Assembly (NCBI GenBank): GCA_964600695.1
Contig: CAZRKK010000002.1
Location: forward strand, 5,354-69,353
DNA from: an uncultured Candidatus Saccharibacteria bacterium
GTDB taxonomy: Bacteria; Patescibacteriota; Doudnabacteria; UBA920
Length of the DNA stretch: 64,000 nucleotides
Reading direction: 5' to 3'
The notes under the pieces were generated by a model. That model had not been told where the DNA came from, made no database searches, and worked only from the letters and a program-made list of their open reading frames with translations. Each line of letters opens with the position of its first letter. Within the stretch, counting starts at the first letter, position 1. Shown here in pieces: positions 1 to 9,623 of the stretch. A program made the translations under genes and the position numbers.

Positions 1-1
1 T

Positions 2-184
2 CGAAGAAACCCAGATTACATAGGTAATATGAATGGTCCAGCGGGGAGTAGTTCAGTCTACGATATCTGTATCGATACAGATGGGAATATGTATTGGAAT
101 GAATGGCTTATTCGTGGGCAGATGTTTAATGATCCAAATTATCCTAATTTCCATCCAGGCTGGTTTTTCCCAGCAAATCAATAA
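2..184 (+). CDS. 3' end of an upstream hypothetical gene (partial, start lies outside the window)
   Basis: Open frame from window edge to TAA at 182-184; host-like codon usage; no recognisable motif. Confidence 0.35.
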   Translation, partial: RRNPDYIGNMNGPAGSSSVYDICIDTDGNMYWNEWLIRGQMFNDPNYPNFHPGWFFPANQ

Positions 185-279
185 TGTCCAGATTTACTGA
201 TTTTGTTTGTGGATAACTTTTTTGGGAAATCTTAATAAACCACTATACTTATAGTAAGTAATTAAACTTTAGAAATAAA

Positions 280-564
280 ATGAAAATAGAGAAGCAGTCT
301 TTGTTTATTGGCTTAGCAATTGGAGCTGTTATGGGCGGGGCAATTATTGGTTATTTAGATGCCAATCGCCCAGAGCCGTTGTTTTCTTCGGCTGATGAAA
401 TGGGTAGTATTTGGATTCCATCTTTTGAATCATGCCCACAAGGATATTCACCAACAGGTGCTGTAAGAACGGTTAAGCGTGGTGGCATAGGTGGAAGTAA
501 TTTGACCCTAAAGGAATGCACAAACGAACCTCAAGAAGGTGGTGGACAACCCCTATTGGATTAG
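280..564 (+). CDS. Hypothetical small protein with N-terminal transmembrane/signal segment
   Basis: 94-aa ORF; hydrophobic N-terminus (FIGLAIGAVMGGAIIGYL); AT-rich upstream region; terminator-like hairpin at 581-618 downstream. Confidence 0.5.
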   Translation: MKIEKQSLFIGLAIGAVMGGAIIGYLDANRPEPLFSSADEMGSIWIPSFESCPQGYSPTGAVRTVKRGGIGGSNLTLKECTNEPQEGGGQPLLD

Positions 565-580
565 TCTAAATAGTTAACAA

Positions 581-618
581 AAACTCTCCTCTACACTTTA
601 AGTAAGGGGAGTTTTTGT
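581..618 (+). terminator. Intrinsic terminator-like hairpin + T-run
   Basis: actctcctc ... aaggggagt stem followed by TTTTTGT. Confidence 0.5.
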
Positions 619-622
619 ATTA

Positions 623-651
623 TTGACTAATTCTTAAATATATCGTAAAAT
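623..651 (+). promoter_or_regulatory. Sigma70-like promoter (TTGACT-N17-TAAAAT)
   Basis: TTGACT 623-628, 17-nt spacer, TAAAAT 646-651; GGAGG RBS at 669-674 precedes the ATG at 684. Confidence 0.55.
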
Positions 652-683
652 AAACGCATTGAAATTTTAGGAGGAATTTATCA

Positions 684-1406
684 ATGATCAGTAATGAAGT
701 TGTAGATGATTTGGAAGACCGGATCACCAGCGCTGTTGATATCCGAGAAAAGGGTAATCCATTGTTAGCAGCCGGCTTGTTAACCGAAATTATAAATTTT
801 TGTTATGACAATTGTCTTGATGTGATTTGTGCAAGCGCACTTGGTGAAAGAATTGTTTGTAGCAAGCACATGTTTCAAAAAGAAGGATTGCAAATATATC
901 TTAATCAGATGCTGGCTGATATCAAAAAAGGAAAGACTTTGAATATTTCCGAGTCAGATCATGCCGTATTCTACCTCCGTCATGGGGATGTTTGTGCGTC
1001 TCTTGGCGAGCATGCAGAAGCGGAGGGTCTGTACTATCAAGCACATTGTTTAGTTAACAAAGGTGGCAGGGAAGAGGCGGAATATCTTGGTCATTATGCC
1101 GAAGCTTTGGCTACCAACCCAGAAGCAACCGAAGAGAAATTAGAGAAAGCTATGGACTTGCTTCGCAAGGCCTTTTTGATTCTCGAGGATGTTCCAGAAG
1201 AGCAGCTCGATATTAAGTATCGTTTGATCATTCTTTCTGGATTACATGGACGCTTAGCAAAAGTTGCTGTTAAGTCACGGTGTTATATCTTAGCGTTTAG
1301 AGCATTAACTGAGTGTTGGCGAATGTCACGCGAGTTGGCTTATAAGCACAATTACCCAATGCGATTAGAGCAGTTTTGGCTTCGCGCGCGAGGTAGAGGA
1401 GCTTAG
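684..1406 (+). CDS. Hypothetical protein (240 aa, helical, no recognised domain)
   Basis: ORF with strong RBS (aggagg) and own promoter/terminator; no motif I can assign. Confidence 0.6.
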   Translation: MISNEVVDDLEDRITSAVDIREKGNPLLAAGLLTEIINFCYDNCLDVICASALGERIVCSKHMFQKEGLQIYLNQMLADIKKGKTLNISESDHAVFYLRHGDVCASLGEHAEAEGLYYQAHCLVNKGGREEAEYLGHYAEALATNPEATEEKLEKAMDLLRKAFLILEDVPEEQLDIKYRLIILSGLHGRLAKVAVKSRCYILAFRALTECWRMSRELAYKHNYPMRLEQFWLRARGRGA

Positions 1407-1412
1407 TTTTTA

Positions 1413-1441
1413 TCCCGGAACGTTGTTTCCGGGATTTTTTT
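1413..1441 (+). terminator. Intrinsic terminator
   Basis: TCCCGGA-acgttgtt-TCCGGGA hairpin followed by T7. Confidence 0.75.
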
Positions 1442-1516
1442 GTACTAAAATTTTTCCTTTGACGACAGAATATTATTGAGTTAAAATCAGCGTAGTTTGA
1501 ATGGAGGTTAGATAAA

Positions 1517-1966
1517 ATGACTCAACCACAATGGAAAAGCGTAGATTCTATTTCGCGCATGTTAAATTCGGCTTCCGTAGTCACTAATATAGTAAATCAT
1601 GTTGCAGAGGAGCTTGTTCAGATACCTCAAGAAAAACTGGTGGAATTATACAGGTTTAGATCTGCTACCATTCCAATTAAAAACCGTCATTTAGAAATTA
1701 ATTTTTCTCAACTGAGTGATAGGCAGAAAGAGGCTGTGATCGAAGGCGTTGGTGCGTTGGGAAGCGAACTAGGTTTTGAAATTGGTATCGAAGCCTGTGA
1801 ATTAGGCAATCCGAATGATTTGGAGTATTGTTTAATAATCTCAGAACCCATTGATGATGTTATTGATGGAGGTGGCGATGATGATAGTGATAGGCGAGTT
1901 GATCTGCCAATCACATCTTCGCAAGATGAAATCCATGCCCCAAAAGTAATGGCAGCTCATGGTTGA
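1517..1966 (+). CDS. Hypothetical acidic protein (149 aa, Asp/Gly-rich C-terminus)
   Basis: ORF; C-terminus DDVIDGGGDDDSDRR; terminator at 1999-2027 follows. Confidence 0.5.
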   Translation: MTQPQWKSVDSISRMLNSASVVTNIVNHVAEELVQIPQEKLVELYRFRSATIPIKNRHLEINFSQLSDRQKEAVIEGVGALGSELGFEIGIEACELGNPNDLEYCLIISEPIDDVIDGGGDDDSDRRVDLPITSSQDEIHAPKVMAAHG

Positions 1967-1998
1967 CGCATAGTTCAATTCAAAAACTGTATATTAAA

Positions 1999-2027
1999 AG
2001 AAGCGTAATCTCGCTTCTTTTTATTTT
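1999..2027 (+). terminator. Intrinsic terminator
   Basis: AGAAGCG-taatct-CGCTTCT hairpin + T-run. Confidence 0.7.
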
Positions 2028-2156
2028 TGTAAACAATAATGCGAATGATGCAATACAATTAATTAACTTATGAGAAATATATTAGTCTAGCATTATGGAA
2101 TATATTGGCTAATATGTCAACAATAGGGAAAAACCCAAAATTTCCTCAATAAAAAC

Positions 2157-2185
2157 TTGACACTAACCAGAATATGGGATAAAAT
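2157..2185 (+). promoter_or_regulatory. S10 operon promoter (TTGACA-N17-TAAAAT) with ~80-nt leader
   Basis: TTGACA 2157-2162, 17-nt spacer, TAAAAT 2180-2185. Confidence 0.6.
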
Positions 2186-2263
2186 TTTGATTAAGTTCTA
2201 CTAGCAATAAAGCTAGTGGTTTTAATTGCTGTAAAGTCCCTTAAATAAGACAAAAACAGCATA

Positions 2264-2602
2264 TTGTCAATCTATTTTATGGAAAAGGCCGAACACAAGC
2301 CAAAAATTCGCATCAAGATTCGCGCATACGATCACAAGTTAATTGATCAAAGTGCAAAGCAAATCGTTGATACTGCCAAGAGAACTGGTGCCAGCGTTTC
2401 TGGTCCAGTACCTTTGCCTACCGCAAAGCGAAAGTACACAGTGCTTCGTTCTACTTTTGTACATAAAGATAGCCGAGAACAGTTCGAAATGCGTACTCAT
2501 AAGCGTATGATCGATATCCTCGACCCAACCCCTAAAACCATCGATTCTCTCACTAACTTGGCTTTACCAGCTGGAGTAGATGTAGAGATCAAAATGAGTT
2601 AA
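2264..2602 (+). CDS. rpsJ: 30S ribosomal protein S10
   Basis: [28 protein letters not shown] matches the S10 signature; first gene of the cluster. Confidence 0.95.
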   Translation: MSIYFMEKAEHKPKIRIKIRAYDHKLIDQSAKQIVDTAKRTGASVSGPVPLPTAKRKYTVLRSTFVHKDSREQFEMRTHKRMIDILDPTPKTIDSLTNLALPAGVDVEIKMS

Positions 2603-2732
2603 AGGCGTGCCGCAAAATATAGCGGCCGCTCGGTGTGAATCTGTTCTGAAATTTTAGAGTCCAAACAGCTCAAAACTTCAGATAACTATTCGCCAAATAC
2701 AAGCAAAGCATCCTAGATGATGAATTGTTTAT

Positions 2733-2757
2733 ATGTGGTGATTAGCCACATTTTTTT
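2733..2757 (+). promoter_or_regulatory. Terminator-like hairpin + U7 between rpsJ and rplC (candidate attenuator)
   Basis: atgtggt-gatta-gccacat stem followed by TTTTTTT, inside an operon. Confidence 0.4.
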
Positions 2758-2806
2758 ATTTAATAAGACGTGATGTCCACCACTTAAGTGGACCAATCAA
2801 AACCGT

Positions 2807-3478
2807 ATGAAATTTATTGTTGGAAAAAAGTTAAATATGACAACCTACTTCGCAGAAAATGGCGAAGTTATTCCTGCTACCGTAGTCAAAGCCCCAAACA
2901 TGGTGGTTACTCAGATTAAGACTGCAGACAGTAAAGATGGTTATAACGCTATTCAAGTTGGTATTAGCGCAGTTGTAGCTGGAAGTAAGAATTCAAACAA
3001 AGCAAAGACAGGTCACTCTAAAGATCTTGGTAAATTTGGAAAATTTGTTGAATTTCGTGTAGACAACCCTCAAGATTTTACTCTTGGTCAGAAGGTGGAA
3101 GTTTCTCAATTCGAAATTGGTGAAATGGTAGATGTAATTGGTGTGATGAAGGGACGCGGTTTCGCAGGTGCGATGAAGCGTCACGGTTTCCATGGATTCC
3201 CAATGAGTCACGGTCATAACCGTCCTCGTAGTGTAGGATCTATTGGTTCTCGTTACCCACAGCACGTTAACAAAGGCCGTCGTATGGCTGGTCATATGGG
3301 AACTCAACACGTTACTGTAAAAAATCTTCAAGTTGTTGATGTTGATGGTGGAAACGGTTTAATTTTAATCAAAGGTGCGGTTCCAGGAACTCGTAATGGC
3401 ATGGTTCGCATTTCTACAACTGGAGTAAAGAAGCCTTTGTTTGTAGCTGTTGTTGAAGATACTAAGAAAAAGAAATAG
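2807..3478 (+). CDS. rplC: 50S ribosomal protein L3
   Basis: GRGFAGAMKRHGF motif; position after S10. Confidence 0.95.
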   Translation: MKFIVGKKLNMTTYFAENGEVIPATVVKAPNMVVTQIKTADSKDGYNAIQVGISAVVAGSKNSNKAKTGHSKDLGKFGKFVEFRVDNPQDFTLGQKVEVSQFEIGEMVDVIGVMKGRGFAGAMKRHGFHGFPMSHGHNRPRSVGSIGSRYPQHVNKGRRMAGHMGTQHVTVKNLQVVDVDGGNGLILIKGAVPGTRNGMVRISTTGVKKPLFVAVVEDTKKKK

Positions 3479-3490
3479 TCTAATATCTAT

Positions 3491-4240
3491 ATGAAGATTC
3501 AAGTTTACAATCAGAACGCCGAAGCCGTAGGTGAAATGGAAGTTAGCGACAGCATCTTTGCTGTTAAGCCATCTTTGCATTTAATGGCCGAAAGTGTCCG
3601 TGCTCAAGCTAACAACGCTCGTAAAGGTTTAGCTAATACCAAAACTCGTGGTGAAGTTAGTGGTGGCGGTAAGAAGCCTTGGAAGCAAAAGGGAACTGGT
3701 CGCGCTCGCGCAGGTTCTACTCGTAGTCCAATTTGGCGTCATGGTGGAGTAACCTTTGGTCCAACTTCTGATCGTAACTGGAGTGTGAAGATCAACAAGA
3801 AAGCCAAGACTAAAGCTTTATTCATGTCTTTGTCCGACAAAGCTCGTGATGGCAAATTTATTATCATCGAAGGTATCAACCTAGAAACTCCAAAGACTAA
3901 AGAATTCATCAAGGTTATGGAAGCTTTCCATTCTAAGCTTACTGTTTTAGGCAACAAGCAGATGATGGTTCTACCAAAGAAAGATGATTCCTTAATCCGT
4001 GCTTCTCGTAACCTTCAAGAAATTAACACAGCTTTTGCAACTAGTTTAAATATCACAGATATCCTAAAAGCAGATTCCATGCTTGTCATGAAAGACAGCT
4101 TGAAAGTTATCGAACGAACTTATTTAAAAGAAGCAGGCAAAGCAGTTAAAGAAGAAAAGGCAGTCAAAGAAGTTAAAGCAGAAGATAAAGAAAAAGCTCC
4201 TGCAAAATCTGAAGCTAAGAAAGAAGTAACTAAAGAATAA
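3491..4240 (+). CDS. rplD: 50S ribosomal protein L4 (with ~45-aa K/E/A-rich C-terminal extension)
   Basis: KKPWKQKGTGRARAGS motif; C-terminus KEAGKAVKEEKAVKEVKAEDKEKAPAKSEAKK. Confidence 0.95.
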   Translation: MKIQVYNQNAEAVGEMEVSDSIFAVKPSLHLMAESVRAQANNARKGLANTKTRGEVSGGGKKPWKQKGTGRARAGSTRSPIWRHGGVTFGPTSDRNWSVKINKKAKTKALFMSLSDKARDGKFIIIEGINLETPKTKEFIKVMEAFHSKLTVLGNKQMMVLPKKDDSLIRASRNLQEINTAFATSLNITDILKADSMLVMKDSLKVIERTYLKEAGKAVKEEKAVKEVKAEDKEKAPAKSEAKKEVTKE

Positions 4241-4263
4241 TTATTCCCCCTAACACTAATTAA

Positions 4264-4692
4264 ATGGCAATTTTTTCTAAAAAAGAGAATACTGACGAAG
4301 TTGTAGTTGATGCTCCTGTAGCAGATCAACCAACATCTTCTAAAGATACAGCTGTAACAGCTGACTCTGAATCCCCAAAAGCAATGGCGGATGTTGTTAA
4401 TAGTGGAATCGGCACTAAGGGTTTAATTGTTCCTCGAATTTCCGAAAAGGCTGGATTTGTAGCTCGCTTTAACCAATACATTTTTACCATTCACGGTAAG
4501 CTTAATAAAATTGAAGTTAAGAATGCTGTGCAAAAAATGTATGGAGTTAAAATCGCTAACATTAATATGATCCAAGTTGCTGGCAAGGGCCGTCGTTTTG
4601 GTACTAAAAAAGGAATGCGCAGCGGTTTTAAAAAGGCAGTAATTACCTTAACCCCAGATAGTAAGAAAATTGATATAGTAGAACCTAACTAA
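4264..4692 (+). CDS. rplW: 50S ribosomal protein L23 (with ~45-aa acidic N-terminal extension)
   Basis: C-terminal L23 core ([18 protein letters not shown]); synteny L4-L23-L2. Confidence 0.9.
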   Translation: MAIFSKKENTDEVVVDAPVADQPTSSKDTAVTADSESPKAMADVVNSGIGTKGLIVPRISEKAGFVARFNQYIFTIHGKLNKIEVKNAVQKMYGVKIANINMIQVAGKGRRFGTKKGMRSGFKKAVITLTPDSKKIDIVEPN

Positions 4693-4696
4693 ATTT

Positions 4697-5542
4697 ATGG
4701 CAGTTAAAATTTACAAACCAACTACACCAGGCCGTCGTCAGACTAGCGTTATAGACTACGCTAAAGTCCTCAATAAAACCGAGAAAACTCCGAAGTTTTT
4801 GATTATGAGCAAGGCTAAGCAAGCTGGTCGTAATAATTCTGGAAAAATCACAGTTCGTCACCGTGGTGGTGGTGCACTTAAGAAAGTTCGTATCGTAGAT
4901 TTTATTCGTGCGGACCGAAAAGATATTCCTGGAACAGTTAAGACCATCGAATATGATCCAACTCGTACTTCATTTATTTCTCTAATCGATTACAATGATG
5001 GAGTAAAGCGTTTAATCATCACTCCGATTGGTTTAAAAGTTGGCGATAAAGTCATTTACAGCGAAACAGCAGAAATTCATCCTGGTAACCGATTGTCTAT
5101 TTCTAATATCCCAGTTGGTAGCTTAATCCACGATGTAGAATTAGTTCCTGGTCGCGGTGGTAAGCTTGCTCGAAGTGCTGGAAATAGCGTATTGTTACAG
5201 AACATCGAAGCTGGTTATGCCTTTCTAAAATTACCATCAGGTGAAATTCGTAAGGTTCGCGAAACATGTACCGCTAGCATTGGCCAAGTTTCTAATAATG
5301 ATTGGATGAATGTCCGAATCGGTAAAGCTGGTCGTAAGCGTCACATGGGTTGGAGACCTCAAGTCCGTGGTAAAGTTATGAACCCGGTAGATCACCCTCA
5401 TGGTGGTGGAGAAGGTAGTAACTCGATCGGTATGAAATATCCTAAGACTCCTTGGGGTAAGCATGCTCTCGGTGTAAAGACTCGTGATAAGAAAAAAGGC
5501 TCTTCCAAGTTTATTGTGAAGCGTCGAACTAAGAAGCGTTAA
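4697..5542 (+). CDS. rplB: 50S ribosomal protein L2
   Basis: [10 protein letters not shown] motif. Confidence 0.95.
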   Translation: MAVKIYKPTTPGRRQTSVIDYAKVLNKTEKTPKFLIMSKAKQAGRNNSGKITVRHRGGGALKKVRIVDFIRADRKDIPGTVKTIEYDPTRTSFISLIDYNDGVKRLIITPIGLKVGDKVIYSETAEIHPGNRLSISNIPVGSLIHDVELVPGRGGKLARSAGNSVLLQNIEAGYAFLKLPSGEIRKVRETCTASIGQVSNNDWMNVRIGKAGRKRHMGWRPQVRGKVMNPVDHPHGGGEGSNSIGMKYPKTPWGKHALGVKTRDKKKGSSKFIVKRRTKKR

Positions 5543-5554
5543 TTAATATAATTT

Positions 5555-5842
5555 ATGTCTAGAAGTTTAAAAAAAGGTCCATTTATAGATCCTCGAGTGA
5601 TGAAGAAAGTTATCGCTGGTAAGCCTGGTGATAAAATCAAGACTTGGGCTCGCGATTGTGCTATCTCTCCAGAGATGGTTGGTTATACTTTTATGGTACA
5701 CAATGGCAAAACTCATCTCGAAGTATTCGTTACAGAGAACATGGTTGGACACAAACTTGGTGAATTTTCACCAACACGTAAATTTATTGGTCACGGTGGT
5801 AAACTTGCTAAAGAGCAAAAAGCCGAAGCTTCATCTAAATAA
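5555..5842 (+). CDS. rpsS: 30S ribosomal protein S19
   Basis: [12 protein letters not shown] ... [16 protein letters not shown]. Confidence 0.95.
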   Translation: MSRSLKKGPFIDPRVMKKVIAGKPGDKIKTWARDCAISPEMVGYTFMVHNGKTHLEVFVTENMVGHKLGEFSPTRKFIGHGGKLAKEQKAEASSK

Positions 5843-5870
5843 TAATTTCCCGATATTTTAATCCCATTAT

Positions 5871-6524
5871 ATGGCAGAAAAAACTGTACAAAAGAATAAG
5901 AAGACCCCAGCGGCTAAGCCGTCTGTTAAGGCTGGATCTAAAACAGCAACTGCTGTTGTAGAAGCACCTAAGCAATTGGTACGTGCTCATGCTCGTAATC
6001 TTCGAATTTCCCCACGTAAATTACGCTTAGTTACAAACATGGTTAAGAACATGCGTGTTGGTGATGCTTTGGTACAGTTGCAATTTACCAATAAAAAAGG
6101 TGCACCGATGATCGCGAAGTTATTACAATCTGCTGTTGCTAACGCTGAACATAATTTTTCTTTAAATCGTGATGGGTTAATAATTAAGAGCATTACCTGC
6201 GACATGGGGCCAGTTCTCCAACGTGCCTTTCCGCGTGCCCGTGGTAGTGCTTTTGTAATCCGCCGTAAGATGAGCCATGTCAACGTCATCTTAGAAGAAA
6301 AGGCGATTAAGAAAACTGCTGGCGGCAAAAAGAAGCCAGCGGCAGCAAAAGTACCAAAGACTACTAAAGCAGATAAACCAGTACAAACAGTAGAAGGTTC
6401 AGCTGGCTTACCGGTCGAAAAAGTAACCAAGTTACCTAAAGAACAGAAAGTCAAAGAAGTTCATCACGAGAACGAAGGCAATCTAGTTGACCAAAAGACA
6501 GAACCAGAAAACTTAATAAAATAA
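5871..6524 (+). CDS. rplV: 50S ribosomal protein L22 (with N- and C-terminal K/A/P-rich extensions, 217 aa)
   Basis: ARNLRISPRKLRLV core; synteny S19-L22-S3. Confidence 0.9.
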   Translation: MAEKTVQKNKKTPAAKPSVKAGSKTATAVVEAPKQLVRAHARNLRISPRKLRLVTNMVKNMRVGDALVQLQFTNKKGAPMIAKLLQSAVANAEHNFSLNRDGLIIKSITCDMGPVLQRAFPRARGSAFVIRRKMSHVNVILEEKAIKKTAGGKKKPAAAKVPKTTKADKPVQTVEGSAGLPVEKVTKLPKEQKVKEVHHENEGNLVDQKTEPENLIK

Positions 6525-6525
6525 T

Positions 6526-7182
6526 ATGGGAAATAAGATCAATCCAACTTCATTTAGACTTAAGATTACCGATACTTGGAAGTCCAAGTGGTACTCTAAA
6601 GGCAATTACGTAGAACAGCTTAAAGAAGATGTTGCTATTCGTGAATATCTCGAAAAGCATTTACGTAAGGCCGGTCTTGCTCGAATCGATATCGAACGTC
6701 TTAACGACGGTACTATCACTATCGTAATTCGTACTACTAAACCAGGTTTAATTATTGGTAAAGGTGGTGCGGGGATCGAAGAACTTAAGAAGCGCGTTAA
6801 GAAGCAACTTAAGATCAAGAGCGAACTCAAAGTTAACATCGAAGAAATTCGTGACGTTAACATGCATGCTCAAGTGATCGCTAACGGCATCGCCGAACAG
6901 ATCGAACGCCGTGTTGCATTCCGTCGTCTAATGAAGCAATCTCTAGAACAAATTATGCAGGCTGGTGCTAAGGGTGTAAAAGTAGCAATTGGTGGCCGTT
7001 TGAATGGAGCAGAAATTGCTCGTTCCGAACATTTGTCTAGTGGTAAGATTCCTCTTCATACACTTCGCGCAGATATTGATTACGCTAAAGCTACTGCTCA
7101 CACTACATATGGAACAATTGGTATTAAAGTGTGGATCTATCGAGGCGATGTGTTCTCCGAGAAAGCTAAAGAGATTAAGTAG
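6526..7182 (+). CDS. rpsC: 30S ribosomal protein S3
   Basis: KINPTSFRL, KH domain, GGRLNGAEIARSE. Confidence 0.95.
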   Translation: MGNKINPTSFRLKITDTWKSKWYSKGNYVEQLKEDVAIREYLEKHLRKAGLARIDIERLNDGTITIVIRTTKPGLIIGKGGAGIEELKKRVKKQLKIKSELKVNIEEIRDVNMHAQVIANGIAEQIERRVAFRRLMKQSLEQIMQAGAKGVKVAIGGRLNGAEIARSEHLSSGKIPLHTLRADIDYAKATAHTTYGTIGIKVWIYRGDVFSEKAKEIK

Positions 7183-7221
7183 TTAAATAAATTAAGTAAC
7201 GTTTAGTTTTATACAAAGATT

Positions 7222-7629
7222 ATGTTAATTCCAAAAAAGGTCAAACACCGCAAACACCATCGCGGTCATAACAAAGGTAAAGCAACTTCTGGTAATTTTA
7301 TTGCTTTTGGAAGCTTCGCTCTTAAGGCTATGGAAGGCAGTTTCGTAACTGCTCGCCAAATCGAAGCCGCTCGTCGAGCTATGACTCGTAGTGTTCAACG
7401 TGGTGGTAAAATCTGGATTCGTATTTTCCCAGACAAGCCAATGACTGATCACGGTAACGAATCTGTAATGGGTAGCGGTAAAGGTGCCGTATCTCACTTC
7501 GTAGCTGTAGTCAAATCTGGTCGCATCCTATTCGAAATGGATGGTGTCCCAGAAGTTGCTGCTCGCGAAGCGATGAGACTCGCTGCACACAAACTGCCTG
7601 TGAAGACTAAATTCCTAATCAAGCAATAA
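7222..7629 (+). CDS. rplP: 50S ribosomal protein L16
   Basis: [15 protein letters not shown] ... [12 protein letters not shown]. Confidence 0.95.
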   Translation: MLIPKKVKHRKHHRGHNKGKATSGNFIAFGSFALKAMEGSFVTARQIEAARRAMTRSVQRGGKIWIRIFPDKPMTDHGNESVMGSGKGAVSHFVAVVKSGRILFEMDGVPEVAAREAMRLAAHKLPVKTKFLIKQ

Positions 7630-7630
7630 G

Positions 7631-7825
7631 ATGAAATATACAGAAATCACCTCACAATCTATAGAGGCGTTACGCAAAGAGCTAACGACTTTACAAGAAA
7701 AACGCGAGAACCTCAAGATGAAAACTAAGCTTGGTCAGGTTAAGAACACCAACCAATTGTCTATGGTTAAAAAAGACATTGCTCGCATTATGACCTTTCT
7801 AAGATCTAGCCAAGGGGCTAAATAG
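7631..7825 (+). CDS. rpmC: 50S ribosomal protein L29
   Basis: 64-aa coiled [18 protein letters not shown]; synteny L16-L29-S17. Confidence 0.85.
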   Translation: MKYTEITSQSIEALRKELTTLQEKRENLKMKTKLGQVKNTNQLSMVKKDIARIMTFLRSSQGAK

Positions 7826-7845
7826 AGCTAACTAATTATATTTAT

Positions 7846-8088
7846 ATGGAAAAGCAAGTTACAAAACAACAAATGTCCGGCACTGTAGTGTCAAATAAGA
7901 TGGATAAAACCGTTGTGGTTAAGGTTGATATTTTAAAACGTCACCCTAAGTATCACAAGAGTTACACAAAATCTTATCGCTACAAAGCACATGACGAAGA
8001 CAACAGTTGCCAGATTGGCGATAAGGTTGTAATCGAAGCTATTCGTCCTATGAGCCGCGACAAGAAGTTTACAGTTTTAAAGAGCTAA
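7846..8088 (+). CDS. rpsQ: 30S ribosomal protein S17
   Basis: [17 protein letters not shown] signature. Confidence 0.9.
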   Translation: MEKQVTKQQMSGTVVSNKMDKTVVVKVDILKRHPKYHKSYTKSYRYKAHDEDNSCQIGDKVVIEAIRPMSRDKKFTVLKS

Positions 8089-8139
8089 GTCGCGGACAGC
8101 TAGTCGCAAATTACTCGTTACTAAATACTTAATAAATTT

Positions 8140-8511
8140 ATGTTACAAATAAGATCTTACATTAAAATCGCAGATAACACTGGCGCTAAAGTCGTCAACT
8201 TGTTCGCAGTGAACGGAAAAAACAAACGTCGCTTTGCACGAGTTGGGGATATTGTCGCTGGTTCAGTTCGCCAAGCTGCTCCTAATGGGCAGGTTAAGAA
8301 AGGTGATAAGATCTATGCAGTTATCGTTCGTACTAAAAAGGAAATTCGTCGTAAAGACGGTTCATACATCCGATTTGATGAGAACGCTGGCGTATTGGTA
8401 GATAAAGAAAAAGGTGAACCACGTGGTACTCGTATCTTTGGTCCAATCCCAAGAGAAGTCCGTGATGCTGGTTTTTCTAAAATCGCTTCATTGGCTCCAG
8501 AGGTTATCTAA
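8140..8511 (+). CDS. rplN: 50S ribosomal protein L14
   Basis: [19 protein letters not shown]. Confidence 0.95.
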   Translation: MLQIRSYIKIADNTGAKVVNLFAVNGKNKRRFARVGDIVAGSVRQAAPNGQVKKGDKIYAVIVRTKKEIRRKDGSYIRFDENAGVLVDKEKGEPRGTRIFGPIPREVRDAGFSKIASLAPEVI

Positions 8512-8534
8512 CGCGACAAGTAATTTATTTATAT

Positions 8535-8858
8535 ATGACACAGATCAAGTTAAAAATTAAGAAAGGCGATACCGTTAAAGTATTGTCCGGTAAAGACAAG
8601 GGTAAGACTGGTAAAGTATTACGTGTTCTTCCAACTATCCAAAAAGTAGTTGTAGAAAACGTTAATATGCACACTAAGTTCGAGCGTAGCCGCCGAGCTG
8701 GTCAGCCAGGTCAGAAGATTGTATTTGCTGGAGTAATGGCTTCCTCTAAGGTTCAATTAATTGACCCTCATTCTGGTAAACCAACTCGGGTTAGCTTCCA
8801 GACCTTAGAAAATGGCACTAAGCAACGAATAGCTAAGCAGAGCGGAAAGGCCATCTAA
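8535..8858 (+). CDS. rplX: 50S ribosomal protein L24
   Basis: KOW motif KIKKGDTVKVLSGKDKGKTGKV. Confidence 0.9.
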   Translation: MTQIKLKIKKGDTVKVLSGKDKGKTGKVLRVLPTIQKVVVENVNMHTKFERSRRAGQPGQKIVFAGVMASSKVQLIDPHSGKPTRVSFQTLENGTKQRIAKQSGKAI

Positions 8859-8862
8859 TTAT

Positions 8863-9402
8863 ATGAACAGATTACAAACACAATATAATAAAGAGATTGT
8901 CCCTGCGCTTAAAGAAAAGTTTGGTTACACAAATGTAATGGCAGTACCAAAGATTAAGCAAGTTAACCTCAACATTGGTGTCGGACGTTTCCTTAAAGAC
9001 AACAAGTTTATGGAATCAATTAAAAAAGATTTCACAAAGTTGGCTGGTCAAGCTCCGGTAGAAACCATGGCTCGTAAGTCTGTCGCTGGATTCAAAGTTC
9101 GTGAAGGCCAACAAGTCGGTCTAACAGTAACTATCCGCGGTAACCGCATGTACGAATTTCTAGATAAGTTGATCAGTGTGGCTATGCCTCGTGTCAAAGA
9201 TTTCCGTGGTGTGTCTCGTAAAGGTTTCGACGGACGTGGTAACTATAACCTTGGACTTAAAGAACATCTCGTATTCCCAGAAATTTCCCAAGAAGCTCTC
9301 GAACACATCTTCGGTCTTCAAGTAACGATAGTAACAAGCGCAGGTAAAGATGAACCTGCATATGAATTATTAAAGCAGATGAAGTTTCCCTTCAAAGATT
9401 AA
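8863..9402 (+). CDS. rplE: 50S ribosomal protein L5
   Basis: YTNVMAVPKIKQVNLNIGVG; synteny. Confidence 0.95.
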   Translation: MNRLQTQYNKEIVPALKEKFGYTNVMAVPKIKQVNLNIGVGRFLKDNKFMESIKKDFTKLAGQAPVETMARKSVAGFKVREGQQVGLTVTIRGNRMYEFLDKLISVAMPRVKDFRGVSRKGFDGRGNYNLGLKEHLVFPEISQEALEHIFGLQVTIVTSAGKDEPAYELLKQMKFPFKD

Positions 9403-9411
9403 TTAATAACA

Positions 9412-9606
9412 ATGGCTAAAAAATCTCTAATCGCAAAAGCTAATAGAAGTTTGATCAAACCGAAGTTTTCTACTCGGGTGATTCGTCGTTGTTTTAAGTG
9501 TGGTCGAAAAGCTGCTTTTATGAGAGATTTCTCTCTATGCCGTATTTGTTTCCGAGAACTAGCCAGCCGTGGAGAAATCCCTGGTGTATCTAAAGCCTCC
9601 TGGTAA
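9412..9606 (+). CDS. rpsN: 30S ribosomal protein S14, zinc-binding short (type Z) form
   Basis: 64 aa with CxxC...CxxC (CFKCGRK ... CRICFRE). Confidence 0.9.
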   Translation: MAKKSLIAKANRSLIKPKFSTRVIRRCFKCGRKAAFMRDFSLCRICFRELASRGEIPGVSKASW

Positions 9607-9623
9607 GAACTAATTAAACTACT

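Noticed and set aside
2993-3331. Antisense ORFs overlapping ribosomal protein and secY genes (e.g. 2993-3331, 5237-5464, 5987-6454, 6606-6863, 7225-7497, 12292-12651 minus strand; 5628-5861 and 7004-7186 alternate + frames)
   Set aside because: They lie entirely within strongly supported conserved genes, lack RBS and promoter signals, and their translations are low-complexity with no motifs; they are spurious.
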